A DNA stretch of 64,000 nucleotides, from assembly GCA_043228905.1 (NCBI GenBank), contig JBHGNT010000022.1, forward strand, positions 2,790,001-2,854,000, given 5' to 3'. The first letter of the stretch is position 1. Each line of letters starts with the position of its first letter. The notes beneath the pieces are model-generated. The model did not search any database. It saw only the letters and a list, made by a program, of their open reading frames with translations, and was not told the origin of the DNA. Of this stretch, positions 1 to 14,190 are shown in pieces. The position numbers were made by a program, and so were the translations under genes. The stretch is from Azolla caroliniana. Its lineage: Eukaryota; Plantae; Polypodiophyta.

Positions 1-1269
1 TAATCTCCTTGGATTGGATGTATGCACACTCCCTTCCCATACTATATGTATGTAAACCAACACGTGTGTAATGTCATCAACGCCATTGATACTTTCTTTG
101 TTACTGCTTTCTTAATCACTTCCCTTGATTCCAAACCTATTCCTCGCACTTTGCATAGACTAACAGATTATACAACAATGGCATTGTAATCACAGAGACT
201 TAATTAATTGCACTTTGCTTAAATCGCTTTCTTTCAATTCCAAGGTGATTATTTAACTAGCCTACCCAAAAAGGATAGATCTACTTCATTGCTTAAAACT
301 ATAGTAGAGGAAAGAATGGCAGCCAACTTGATTGCCAAAAAGTTAGAACCCATCTATTACATAATTCTTTTGTGCTACATATAAATGATTGGTCACCCCG
401 ATTTGCATCAATGTTTTTCAAGCAGAATGATTGGCTCTGACATACATCAGTCAAAGTAAGTTTCATTCATGAGACAACATTCATAGATTTTTGGTACTTC
501 GTAATAGATGTTCAAGAATGTCAACTGTGATACCAGGTGGTTGGTCACACATAGATTGGTGATGGCGCATACAAGGGCTTCACTATTATGTGCTCAAACT
601 CCAAAAATTAATTTTATACGTGATTCTTGATCCTAAATGCAGAAAGATCAAACATAAAACCCTAGTTGCTAAAGTCCTAAAAGATGTATCATAAACACCA
701 AACCCTAAAGGCATTGAAATTAAGAACCTTCATACTCTGACACCTAAATATCCTACAACACATCCAAAAAACATAAATATTCTTTAACAGATGATTAGCG
801 GTAAACCCCTAAAATCAATCAATCAAGAGCCATAAAACCTATACGCATCCATTTGAGATCCACGATCCAAAAAGCAATATACAAGATAACCACACTTGAT
901 CGTCAATATCTCCACACTAAACTCATTTTGCAAAAATGAGACCAACACACATCTATAAACTGTTACAATTTCCTTTTCAACCTTCTGAAATGGAGTTTGG
1001 ATCTATCATACAATATCCTTGTATGTCCAAGCATAAGCATTTTACTTCCCTCTATTGAATCTAAAAGAGCTTGTCATCATGGATAAATTCCAATCAAACT
1101 CTCGAAATTTTCTTTTCATTCTTGAGAAGTTATCATCAATACACAAATGCTTCCCAAAAAGGAACAAATGAATCATCACTAAGATCCTCAAAATTTTGCC
1201 TCAAAGAGTTGGATAATATTCTCAATTTGTTAATACCTTTTTTCTACATAATATGAATTTGGATCCTAG

Positions 1270-4200
1270 CTAGTGAATTTCTTCATCGTCTTCTTTAAAT
1301 GACAATGGCAAATCTGATAGAAAAGCTGATTCATCCTCGGCATCTAGCTTAACATTTCCATCAAACATTTGGCTACGTACATCCTGAAAATGTTTCAGTT
1401 TCAGGTATAGGCATAATGCTTATTTGGGTATATCTACAATCTGTACATCAATTAGCAAAGAAAACCGACCTTCTCAATTGCATCAGAGAGAGAAGGGTTT
1501 TCCCTCAAGTACTGCACAGCTTTGTCTCTCCCTTGTCCTAACCTGCAAAGAAAGTCACATGAGAGACTATTTTATGTAGCAAGCACATTAAACACATTCT
1601 CAAAATTAGTGTTTCTTGCTTTTCAGGCATTTCTAGATATATACAAAGCTGCAGATGCATAAAGCCAATACATTCACCAAATATCGAAGGCTAAAACAAA
1701 ATAGCTATTTAACATTGACAATTATCCCATGTCAAAATAATTACGCAAAAATACAACTTTACACAAACTTTCTAGAGTGAAGCAAACAAAACTGTATGTC
1801 AATATGATTCATGAACTTTATCTTATCCCTAGGTGCTCTGAATATCCAATAGCATGTAAAAGCAAGGAATTAACACTACAAAATTATCATGCAACTTTGC
1901 AGATAATGCATCAAAAAGTATATTATTAAACATAAGTGTATAGAGAGAAACGACTCATATCCCTGGCTGCTTTGACTATCCAGAGCACAAGTACATGCAA
2001 TAGCATGTAAAAAGCAGGGAATCAATGCTACTATAAATGAGTCATGCAACTTTGCAAATAATGCATCAAAAAGTGTATTATTATATATAAGTATAGAGAG
2101 AATGACAGACCTTATGTCACCATAACTGTACCACGAACCTCTCCTTAGGACTATTTCTTTCATTTCAGCACAATCTAACAGGCATCCCTATAAAAGAACA
2201 CACAGCAATACAATATTTATTCCAGTTTTGCTTCCTTACCCCAATGCTTGATATAAAATTTACCATTCTGCAGATGCCATCTCCAAAGATTATATCAAAC
2301 TCTGCCTGCCTGTATGGTCTTGAGACCTGTAAAAGAAAAAAAGACACAGTAACAAGGTTATCTGAAGGGAGACTATTATGAGATATTCAGCAAAATCAGC
2401 TGCAATGAGCATTATTAAGTTTCTTATTGAAAGTCTCCGGAAATATAAACACACCTTACTCTTTACTACCTTCACCCGAACTTTAAGGCCTGTGTCGTCG
2501 CCTTTTGGCTGTGCGTTTCTAATTCCATCAGCACTATTTATAAAAAATATAGAAACTCACAGTTGAGAGCAATTTAAACGTACAGATTTGACTTTGCCAA
2601 TTGACCGAATGTCAAGTCGTAGGGAAGCAAAGAATTTGAGTGCAAGTCCTCCACTTGTAACCTCTGGATTTCCATACATGACTGCTATCTATAACACAAA
2701 TAATGTTAGCTTAGAGCATATCCTAATAGAAGAAATAAGTAAGAAATAGGTTGAAGGAACACCTTATACCGAATTTGATTGATGAAGAGAAGAGTACAGC
2801 CTGCTTTTGAGGCATTTGCTGCCATCTTTCTTAGAGCTTGGCTCATGAGACGCGCTTGTAACCCAATTTGCTGCATCCCAATTTCCCCCTAGAAAAGAGG
2901 TGAAAACCAAGAGTGTGTAAATTGCATGCTTCCAAGCTATCAGAACCTGAACAAAAATATAAATATATATATACCTCAATTTCAGCCCTTGGTGTCAAGG
3001 CAGAGACTGAATCGATGCATATTAAATCTACTGCACCTGATCTGCAAAGTCGATCAGCAGCTGAACAACAAAGTGTTATTACAGGTTCCACAATCATTCA
3101 TCAAGGCATAGTCAGGATATGCAAGGATATCACAATCATTCAAGTGAGAGAAATATAGTAAAGTGGACACCTACTCTCCAAAGCCATCTCCCCATTATCA
3201 GGCTGGCAGACAAATAGATTATCCACATCTACACCCACAGTCTTGGAATAAGTTGGATCAAAAGCATGCTCAGCATCAATCAGTACTGCATTTCCACCTC
3301 TTTTCTGTCAATGAATAAAGAGTTACAACTAAGCGCAAGAAGCAAAAAAAAAAAGTTGATGGATGTATGGAAGTTTGATTCAGTTTCCAAAAACGAACTA
3401 GAACTTTTGAGTGCCAAACTTGGAAGTAAACAAACTACCCTAACCAACTAAAAGCTGTAAATCACACCACTTAAACATAGAATACTATAAGATAGTATAT
3501 GATACCATGGGCATGAAAAAACATCAGTCCCCTTTAATGCCCTCCGGGATTCTAGTAGGGTTTAAGATGCAAAGTCTTCGGTAAGAATCATGGTTCATTC
3601 ATCCTGGTGGGAGGCAAGTATTGCCACTAAAATAGATTTTAAAGTCAAAGCATTGCAAAATCTTTGACTTAGATATTTATGACAGAAAACGAATCACTAA
3701 AGACATGATAATTGCTGAATGGCCCCTAGTTTAGTTGATATTCACTAGGACAAGCAGTAATGGGATAGCCTTTCAATCCTTCAGCAATGTCTATGATGGG
3801 TAGAATCTGTTTGTTTGAGCAAACAGACATTCCACATTATTCACATAATTTTGTAGTGCGGATTTGGATTCAACCCATTGCCAAATTTTAACATCACTAT
3901 TGTAGGTATTTTATTAGGATCGATATTTAAAGAGAACAACAGATTTCACACAATACAAACCTGAATTTCAGCAATGGCATGGAGAGCCAGTGTTGTTTTT
4001 CCACTACTCTCTGGGCCAAAAACCTACAAACAAGATGGTTACACATTAAATGTCACAATATATACACCCACAAATAAATTGATCTTGTCAGGCCATTGCC
4101 CAGACAGATCAAACAAGTTGTCCATAAATAATAGTAGAAGAATCATGTCGGTACATAAGAGAAGTCAAGGTACCATCTTCCATACACCCAATCGTGAATC

Positions 4201-6206
4201 ATGAATATAGAACCCAAAAATAAGTGCATACATGAATATAGAGGCTTCAGTTCAGGAACATTATCAGGCGTGACTCGTAAACCTCAATGATAACCTAAAG
4301 TTCAATGTACCAAGGAAGTGATTCTCCTTTACTAAAAAGAATCAAATAAAAATGTTCTTGAACATCCTACGAAAGCCATGTGCCATACATAATGACATGC
4401 ATATGCACTTACGAGTCTAAAACCTCAATGCCAGGTTAAAACCCACAAAATAATGTACTGAAGAAGTGATCCCCCTTTGCTAAAAGAAACATATAGAAAT
4501 GTCCTTGAACTTCCTAAGGATGTGTGCACAATGACACACATATGCATGCTACATGAATCCATAAATCACATCAAATGCAAGCAGAGATTGATATGTGCAA
4601 ATTCACAACACAGCATTTTCAGAAACAACAAGAAACATAAGCAAAAAGAAATCTACCTCAACAATCCGCCCTTTAGGCAAGCCGCCTCCAAGAGCCAAAT
4701 CAAGCGTCAGGCAGCCACTTGGAAAGGTCTCTCTACCACAAGAAATGACAGATGATTATATGCTACAAAAATCTATCAGGTAAAAAGAAAATAAATGAAG
4801 ACAATACAAAACAAACATGGATATTAAGCATGAAGCAAATAATCCTTACACAAAAGCTCCACCTGCACTGCCAAGTCTTGTTACACTGCCTCTACCAAAT
4901 GAGCTGTTTATGTCAGCGATTGCAGCATCTAATATTTTTTGCTGAGATGGAGTTCAAGGTTTTAGTTCTCAATATGAATATACACTGTCAATTTATTATG
5001 ATGTACGTGCCCACAGTTTGAATAAAGAACAGTCATGTTGCATAGAAGTTTCTGGCTACATTTACCTCAATTCAAAAAGAAGAATCCAAGTACCCAATAT
5101 GAGGCTATTTTAAGCATTATCGCCCAAATAGTATCGTAGAGCTGTCAGGAACCATTAATGGTGATGTCTAAATGATACATAGCTTTTTCTACCGTAAGAA
5201 ACCAAATAGATACTACATTTACCTCAATTCAAAAAGAAGAATCCAAGTACCCAATATGAGGCTATTTTAAGCATTATCGCCCAAATAGTATCGTAGAGCT
5301 GTCAGGAACCATTAATGGTGATGTCTAAATGATACATAGCTTTTTCTACCGTAAGAAACCAAATAGATAGCTTGACTCTTAAGGGAGTACAAAAGCAATA
5401 TATGTATCTGCTACAATAGCCAACTGAAGGAACTTGGTCAAGGCCAATGCATAATATGAGGCTGCAGGGTGACTCCCATAGGAAGATAATTAGGAGCTTT
5501 TTATGGCCAAATGGTTATTTTGAAGGATTTCGATAGTTTTGGTCTATATTGTATGACCAAGTCGTTGAGAATGTAACCCACATTTACAATAGCATCAGAA
5601 ATCACGTTAGAGGTTTCATAACCCAACCATATTTAGGAAATCCATGCAGTTGCTTAAATTCATACCCTCCCGAGCCCCTAAACCCCATTTAGGAAATCCA
5701 TGAGGTTCCATAAATTCATACCTTCCAAGTCCACAGGGTATGAATGAATTCGCAACATATCATATGGTGATAGTAGGTAGAAACGATACCAGAAAAAGCA
5801 TGTATATAATGATCATCAATTACTTCACTCCTTGAGGCTCTTGCAGATAATAACTCGACTCGTTAAATCCATGACTCTTGGACTCCTCACGAGGCACCGT
5901 GTCAACATAAAAATAAAGACCATGTTCGGGGGAATGGATAGCAATGCCATGAGACAGACAGAGAGAGAGACCTATGAGATTCATTGAAAGGAATATACTT
6001 TTTTTCAGCCCCCCAAACAAAACAACTCAAAAACACTCTAAGCTCAAGAGTCTCCTCCATCTCTATAAGCTGTACTTGAATGCTTGTTTCCTAGGGTCAT
6101 CATTTATACGCTTAAACTACTACATTTCCTAGAGTCTCTCTTCTCCAAAACACTTGAATGAATGCTTGTTTCCTAGCCGATTTTGCACAAAGTTTACACC
6201 ACATTT

Positions 6207-6244
<38 letters not shown>

Positions 6245-6493
6245 TACACAACCACAGGTCTGTTCTCTTACCCGTTCATTATACTGGTCTTGATGATCAC
6301 TCTCAGAAGATGAAGAAGAAGAAGAAGAAGAAGTTCCACCTTTTGCTTCACATCTGTTGTGGCTAATGCGAGATAGAAGATTCGTGGGCCATCTCTTCTT
6401 CATCAGAAGATTCCTTCCAGAAGAAGAAGAAGAAGAAGAAGAAGGGCTGAAGGAGAAAGTGGAGACCCTGAAGATGGCCCCTCCACTCTCCAT
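1270..6493 (-). CDS. RECA1: Plastid-targeted RecA recombinase. Exons: 6272-6493, 4850-4941, 4657-4732, 3961-4023, 3175-3304, 2975-3060, 2763-2888, 2584-2688, 2455-2508, 2264-2326, 2111-2187, 1470-1542, 1270-1383 (1281 nt, 426 aa)
   Basis: Manual GT-AG splicing gives one continuous frame. It has a Ser-rich transit peptide, [16 protein letters not shown], Walker [18 protein letters not shown], Walker [39 protein letters not shown] and LGQGRDKA. The segment [19 protein letters not shown] is typical of the cyanobacterial-derived plastid RecA clade. Confidence 0.96.
5056..5369. repeat. Perfect 157-bp tandem duplication in recA intron 1
   Basis: 5056-5212 is repeated at 5213-5369 (ctacatttacctc...ccaaatagata); no mismatch seen. 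Confidence 0.92.
6211..6242. repeat. (TA)n microsatellite in recA intron 1
   Basis: Read directly from the sequence. Confidence 0.95.
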
Positions 6494-6637
6494 ATCTCCT
6501 CTCTCTGATGATTCTCTGTCTCAGTTTGTTCTACACATATATAATGCAGACTCATATCAAAGTGCCCACAACCCCCAAATGCCTCCTCTAAAGCCCTTCC
6601 TTCCCTCCAATCTCTGGGTCTGGTGTCTGGGGTCTGA

Positions 6638-6665
6638 GGGTTTGGGTTTGGGTTTGGGTTTGGGG
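6638..6665 (+). repeat. (TTTGGG)n telomere-like G-tract array upstream of recA
   Basis: gggtttgggtttgggtttgggtttgggg inside a G-rich stretch at about 6615-6693. Confidence 0.85.
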
Positions 6666-6693
6666 TCCGAGGGTCTGGCTCCGGCTCTAAGGG

Positions 6694-6826
6694 TGTTATG
6701 GGCATGACCATAAATTCTCACCATTGGATATTCTATGGTCATGCCCGTAACATAACACTTATCCACGTGTATAGAATACTACGTTAAATTCTCACCATGG
6801 GATATTCTATGGTCATGCCCGTAACA
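6694..6826. mobile_element. 133-bp miniature element made of inverted LTR termini, 5-bp TSD AAGGG
   Basis: Starts TGTTATGGGCATGACCATA and ends TATGGTCATGCCCGTAACA (19-bp TIR, 1 mismatch). AAGGG is at 6689-6693 and 6827-6831. The sequence matches the U3 end of the LTRs at 38520-38971, 56078-56528, 61084- and 62455-. Confidence 0.85.
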
Positions 6827-8773
6827 AAGGGTCTGGGGTTTGGCTTTGTGGGTGTGTCCTCTCTCCTCTCCATATGTGTCCTACGCTGTTGGTGCTGCCA
6901 GGGTGTCCTACCCTGTTGTCCGCTCTGCCATGTCCTATGCCCTGTCTCACGACTCCGGACTCCCCGCCATATACGGCTTTGTTCAACCTTAACATTATTA
7001 CCCACACGCTCCATATTTTGGCCCCAACCCCTCCCCTCTATTGTGCATCTTTCTTTGTTTGATGTCTTGCTAATCGTGCTCGCCCTCCCCGTGTCTTGGG
7101 GTTCAAGACATCTCCTCTTTCAAAGAACACGATGCTTCGTTATGCATATGCCCTTCCGAATGGATATTTGCCCTTCTCTTGAGTGTATTTGGGTCCCGTT
7201 GTAGGTGTTGGTTTCCCAATCTAATGCCATGTTGGCATGCCTACTCTCTTATCTTATGACTTGAGATATCTCTTTCTACACTATGTACTACCATATACTC
7301 ATACACTCTTCCCAAATGGCCAAAGCTCTTCGCTCTATTGTCTTCTCCCATGTCTAGCGTGGTAATATCTTAGTATTCCATCTTTTATCTTATGCATTGT
7401 CTTCTTGTCATATTAGATGTCCAAGCTTGCAACTTTGAATATCTCCCTTGTCAATTGTATCACACCATATTCAAGCGATCACATAAACTATGCAAATTAA
7501 CCAAATCATTACTTTTGTATCACACCATATTCACATAATTGCATCAATTAACGAGTGTAGGAGTTACATTTGGTTTTAGGGTTTAAGGTTTATGACAAAC
7601 GAATATTCTAAAAAAGGAACAAGAATATAATGCAAAATCTAACTAAGGTTTAAATATGAAAAGGAGGGAGAGGCTACATTGACGAGTCTCTCACATAAAA
7701 GTTTAAAACCACTCTCTACTTCATCTTACACATTATTCATGACCTTACCCCCCAACTTTCATAACTCTTCATATTCCCACAATAATACCCTTAATAATTT
7801 CCATTTTTTATAGCCCTACTTAATTTCATGTAGTTCTAACTATTTAAATTGTTGGACATATGTTTCTTATTTGTCTAAAATATGGATCCCTTGTTGGACG
7901 GCCAAGAATGGATCATGCCACAATCCATATGCAAAAAATTGTGAAGGCTCGTCAAAGCATTGATAGTCAACTAACGTACGCATTTATCCCCCAAATGTGA
8001 CAAATATGACTTCAGAAATACCCCTATGTTTTTCTTTATTCACCAAATTCTAGGGTTTTCTTTATCAATTAACATTTGAAAAAGAAAAGGAGGTTGAATT
8101 GGATCATACAATTACTCCAATAACACATACTTTAGACAAAGGAGATGAATTGAGTATATGTGATTGCTTTGTCAAGGGTTGCCCACAAGAATTTTGAAAA
8201 ACAACACTCGGGAGTATCTCAAATTTATCCTTCATCCTCTAATTGTAATATCTAAAGTTCCCACTTTCAAGGAAAGGCTAATGTATCAAAGAATTTCTTT
8301 ATATACTTACAAGCATCTCAAATTAGTCCTTCATACTAGGTTTGTGTTCCTCGACATTTCTGTTCTTCAGCTCTTTGGATGAATATTTGGAATTTAGATG
8401 GATTCCATTCCTGTCCTCTGGAGGTCAAAGAAAGTGAGGATGGTCTCACATTCAATTTACACTATTTGTTATCAAGATTTTCCTTTCTTCATGTTAAGTT
8501 TGGTCCGAGCATATCTACTTTTAAAGATTCAACTTCAAGCATCTCTAGCATTGTAGAAATATATCACACCAATGACCCATGAAAACCAGTGTTATCTTTC
8601 ATGCTTAGTACAACTATAATATATATAGCACGAATAGGCTTTCAATCAAAAGAACAAGAGCCTGATCAGTAATTGTGACCCATATGCATGCTTTGAAGAG
8701 TTAAGTTCCAAAGCAATGATATTGATATAATATTATAATCTTTACAAAGAACCTTGTGATGATACATAACACA

Positions 8774-11700
8774 TCAAGAGGCAGTTTCTTGATTGGGAAT
8801 TAAAAATTTTACAAGGAAAGCACCACCTAAGTAAAGCCCTATCAATGGACCAGCTAAAAGCATTTGAGTCAGAGGATCTGTTGAAGGTGTCAATACCGCT
8901 GCTACCACAACTGCACCGACAACCACATATCGCCACACAGAGAGCATTTGATCCCCGGAAACCAACCTTGTCTGTCCCAACAATAGCTGTATAATTGGTA
9001 CCTAAAACCCCAAAATCCAAACAATATAAACATTTAAAAGTTCTAGTAGATTTGAAGAAAGCCCCAAAACACCGCTAACTTTCCCAAAACACTCCCAACT
9101 TTAAGGATATCTACCCATAAAGTTTACCGCATAAGCTCGCATAATTGTTCCAAAAAACAAGGAAAACATAACCTCTGAAGACTACGAGGGTTAGACATTA
9201 GCATACAGCAGAAATCATGTCTTCATCACAACTAAGATGTGAGTCTCACTCAATCCACCAAATTCATATTCGCTCTATAATTTCAACCAATAAAATATCC
9301 CAAATATCGTGAACAAATTCTAAATTTTCAATCCCAAAATCCTCTGATTTATTTAACTTGATTAGAGTCGATCAGAGACAAATGGCCTGTCTAGAAAGGT
9401 CACAAAAACCTCTAAAACTACAGTAGGCACTAGAGATAATGACGTTCGTTATAGAAAATTGAGAAATCTGGGAATTAATGTTGGGAAGATGAAACGCGCA
9501 ACAACAAAGATAGTGAAACGGATATTAGCTGAACGGCAGCAAATATACTAAAAGTTGCTTGAATAGCGTGTTTTACCAATAGATAAACCATTATGGCGAG
9601 ATGAATTTCGTAATTGCAAATCTTTCACGAATATGCAATCAAGATGAGGGATCTTTATCTGATGGATGACATGATGCATCTACATTTTTGGTTCCTAATT
9701 GGAAGGTACATAAAAAAAAAACGTACAGAGAGTAGGACATTTATTATACCTGGAATGACAACCCAGTGCTGAACATAAGAACAAGGATAAACTCGAAATA
9801 TTGATCAATAGACCAAAGAGATTCCACTGCTCCTTCTGCATATGTTACAAAGAAATTGAGGGCAGCTGGTGCCAGCACTCCATATGAAAACACAAGTCCT
9901 GTGTAGAAGAGTATAGATGAGCCGAATACAATAGGCCCAAGAAATCTCCTCTCACTTCGAGTCAATCCAGGGACAACAAATGCAATTATCTCGTAGAGAA
10001 TCACGGGACTTCCAAGTAGAAGACCAGAATAACCTGACACCTGGAAGACAGATTTTAGTTTCAGGATGCTAGAGTAGAAAACATTTTTCCTTTTCTTATT
10101 CACATTAATTTTTATTAGGTCTCATAGGCCATGCAGGTCTTTTAGAGACCTTAATAAATCTTTCTTTTTCATAGGTCATTGGTCATTTCGGCCTTTCTTC
10201 CTTCTCTTTTTCTTATTATTTTTTTCCGAAGACAGCCTAAAAGATTTTAGAGAAAATCTACCAAAATAATTAATTATTCACAAATACTCCAAATTTTCCT
10301 GTGGTTCCACTTTCTTTACCTTACTAGCTCCTCTCTCTCTCGTACTTTTCCAATTCCCAAAATGCTTCTCAAGAATCATCACATTCAGAGCTTCCATTTT
10401 TTTTTTCAGTATGGATGACCTGAAGTCAACCATATTTGTAATTGCGACTTCTCTCATAGGCTGATTTCAGTCTCTAATAGATGTTGATGTATCTTTCTTT
10501 CTTCCTTCTCCAATCCCCAATCAAACTCTACTCCCTTCTTACTCCTCCAGACCCTACTTTACTCCTCTTCCTCTATCTTTCTCTTCAATTTAGAAGGAAA
10601 GAAAGGGTGTATTTTGGAAATTTTAAAGAAACAAACCTACCAGGAGAGAGGTTTATTATTTAAATTTTGAGACAGAGGAGAGAGAAATGGTAATTTGGTA
10701 ATTCAAATCTTTTCAAGGATACTTTTGGGAGATGTATTAATAATTAGTGATATTTTGGTAAATTTCTCAATTTTGAAACAGTATTTAACCTTTACATCTC
10801 AGGGTAACTCTACTTTTCAAGAACTTGATACTCTAGTGAAATACCCTACAAGTTAGGGGTATTTTGATGTCTTGCCCTACATAATATCACTATGATAAAG
10901 AAATTGTGCATCACATACTCTGGTAGGATATCTTGTTATGAACCAGTTTTTCAAAATAAAAAAATACCTTAATGGTTGTGAAGAAATACTCGCCCGGAGA
11001 GAGTTGCAAAAAACGAACACCCTGTGAATATACAGGTGCTTCTAGAAACACAATAAGATCTTTTGAAACTGCAAAACATCCCAATATAGCAACACCAACA
11101 ACTGCTACTGATACGAGGATTCGATCCCTTAGCTCATTTAGATGATCAAAAAGGCTCATCTCCACATCATCTGGAAGTTCAGTTTTTGGAGGATAAAGCC
11201 AAGAGGTTATGCTTCCGAGTGATGGTGGTTCAACTGCATCCACCTCATCTTCCACTGTCTCAACTAAAAACATACATCATAAATTTTAATTATATACCTT
11301 CATATGAAACAAATTGTTCTTGGACTACAGTTATCTATGCACAATCAATTCAGTAATTGCGAGGAAACAAAGTTCCATTAGCTTTACAGACCCAAGCCAA
11401 TGATACCACTTGAGTACAACGTTTGCATACATTAACTATTGTGCGTGTGGAAGGAAGAGAGAGAGAGAGAGAGTGAGAGAGTGAGAAAGAGATAAAAAGA
11501 TACATTGAGTTTTCTTTAGTTTGATATGGATATAAATCTACATTTCACTCCCTGTAATATTTCAAGAAAAATATTTTGTTATCAGCCAACCCTACAAGAT
11601 ATGTTGGCCATAGAATATTCACGAATCCTTCCCTTCATGTAGCTCAAATACATGATAATTTCCATGGTAAGAACTCAGCCCTACAAGAGACGTTCACCAC

Positions 11701-13365
11701 ACATTACATACAAATTTCCACCCTTGAAAGCCCCTCAATCATAAAACTCCTCACAATGATCCCCATATTAAGAACCCCACCCATGAAACCATAGCTTTCT
11801 CTCTTAAGCTAAAGATACATAAAACAACCCTATTCAGGAGTACTATCTTTATGCATTTATAACAGCACGCTTCAAGAGGTTGTATGTCTGCACAAGATCT
11901 TTTCTTAGTTCTCTGGGAAACAAGACAAAATATGATTCTGAAATATGTGTTGGCATCTCCACACTAAGAATCCAACATTTGAAATACACTATAAATCTAG
12001 AAATATGAAATGTTATCCATTAAACATCTTGATATCGAAGCATACATCGTCTATTTAAGTCTATTTCTTCATAGGAAAAACTCTGAAATACCTTTAAGGT
12101 TTTCTTGATTTCCCCAGATGCCTTAGAGTTTTCAGTAATTCCCCAAATACCATTTGTCAGCCCCATCTCAAGCAACGATAAGCACTATTTGAGTAAGCAT
12201 ATGGCCAATTCATCACCTTTTTATCAAGTACAAGTGTTACCCCTTGAGAAATTATACTGTCAACTCATCACCTTCATATTTCTTTCGAAGGTTTGCCAGG
12301 GCATATAAAGAAATAAATAAAAAAACCCACAGGTATTTAGGAAAGAGGTTATAATTCTCCACAATATCATTTTTTAATTCTCTTGGAAAGAAGAGAATTC
12401 CCCTAAACTCCTCACTATCAGCAAAATTCTTTTAATAAGAAAATGATTCTATCAGGTGGCATACTGGCCCAAACGGAAAACATCTAGATTTTCATCCATC
12501 TTCAGAACCCAAATCTGGAAACCATAACTAAACCCTATTGATAAGGCAATCATTCTATTGAAATCCTGCTAGTAAAAGCAAACATTCTAATAAAATTTTT
12601 GCTAATAAAGCAAACCATTCTAAGAAAAAAAACTGCTGCTAAGAAACAAATCATTTCGAAGAAAAATCCTACTAATAAACCAATCAGTTCTAAAGGAACA
12701 CCTGTTATAAGCATTCTAAAGAGAAAAAAAACAATCCTACTATTAAACCCATCAATCCGCAGGTATAGACAAGAGAATCATCAATCATCCTACGAAGAGC
12801 CAGTTAATAAATCGATTTACCATGGAGCTCTATTAGAGGATATCTTTGCTCATCAAAGCAACCCTTCTATGGTTCTACAAAAGAAAATCTTCTTGCTAAG
12901 ATATCAAATCATTCTACAGGTATGCCGAAGGAAATTCTTGTTAATAAATCAAATCAATTCTACAAGGCATCATAAACAAATAATAGGAGCTGAAGATCCC
13001 TAATCTTTTGCTTAGACTACATCATAATAAAGAAGAAGAAGCAAAGAAGAAACAGAGCGCTAAAGAGATACAAAACGTTTTGACTTACAAGGTCTTTCTT
13101 CCACCGCGGATGCAATGCGAGAAGAGTCGTCTTTGATATCTGCACGGCAAAGGAAGCGCTTTCCAGAGGCATGGCAAAGGCGATGCTTCTTCCTGCCGGA
13201 ACGGATCCATAGTTTTCTGGATGAGAGAGACAAGGAGCAAGAAGAAGAAGAAGAAGAAGAAGCTATGGAGGGTCTTCCGAGAGGCCGAAAGGCTTCAGGG
13301 AGATGAACAGAATTGAGGAAGTAGGGGGTGGAGGAGGAAGAGGGCATGGCCATGGCCATGGCCAT
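8774..13365 (-). CDS. TATC: Thylakoid twin-arginine translocase subunit cpTatC. Exons: 13089-13365, 10968-11263, 9750-10040, 8774-9001 (about 363 aa; the start could be any of four clustered ATGs)
   Basis: Ser-rich transit peptide. Motifs [68 protein letters not shown] and [10 protein letters not shown]. Splice phases are consistent. Confidence 0.95.
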
Positions 13366-13646
13366 GGAGATGGAGATGATGGGCAGTGGGGTTTATGGGA
13401 GAGGAGGAGATGGAGTGATTGATAATGGGCTCACTCACTCACTCTCTCTCTCACTCCATCTCTCTCTTTTCTGTCTCTGTCTCTGTCTCTGTCTCTGTCT
13501 CTGTCTCTGTTCTTGACAGGAAGAAGAAGAAGAAGAAGGAATGAAAGGAATGAAAGAAATGAAAGAAATGGAAGGAGAGAGTCTTGTGAGGAAGCAGAAA
13601 CATGTGGGTATGTATGTGGCACAAAGGCATCCTTCCTTCCTTGTGT

Positions 13647-13793
13647 AACTCAAGTGTCTTAACCATGGTTATGTGAGGACTTAACTCAAGTGACTTAACC
13701 ATGGTTAAGTGAGAACTTAACTCAAGTGCCCTTAACAATGGTTAAGTGAGAACTTAACTCAAGTGTCTTAACCATGGTTATATGAGGACTTAA
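13647..13793. repeat. 36-bp minisatellite with palindromic core CTTAACCATGGTTAAG, about 4 units, upstream of TATC
   Basis: Cores near 13658, 13694, 13731 and 13767. It is the reverse complement of the array at 21661-21989. Confidence 0.9.
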
Positions 13794-13798
13794 GTTGT

Positions 13799-13842
<44 letters not shown>

Positions 13843-14190
13843 AAGAGATGTCCAAATTACCCTATATAGAGACCAAGTGGTCATGGGCTCAACCCCCTAC
13901 ATTCTTTAGTCTATTAAATTAAGAGAATATGTACGGTACAGAGTACATTATTAGAGCGGTAAGATAATTTGGTTTCGAACCCAAGACGTAGTGCTAGTAG
14001 TTCAAAAGAAAATGGAAATGGGATATATATACATATATATTGTTAACGGTCTTGATCTCAGAGAATTTTGGAGTTTCATTTAAGCGCGACGATTATTATG
14101 CATCCCACCCCAATTATGGGTTCATTCATCAGCAAGGCCCTTTTATCTCTACAAATAGAAGAGAAATTGTGGGTTGATCAAACCCATGAC

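Noticed and set aside
1270-13365. recA next to tatC as a bacterial operon or recent endosymbiotic/horizontal transfer
   Set aside because: Both have spliceosomal introns and transit peptides and are ordinary nuclear genes; adjacency alone shows nothing.
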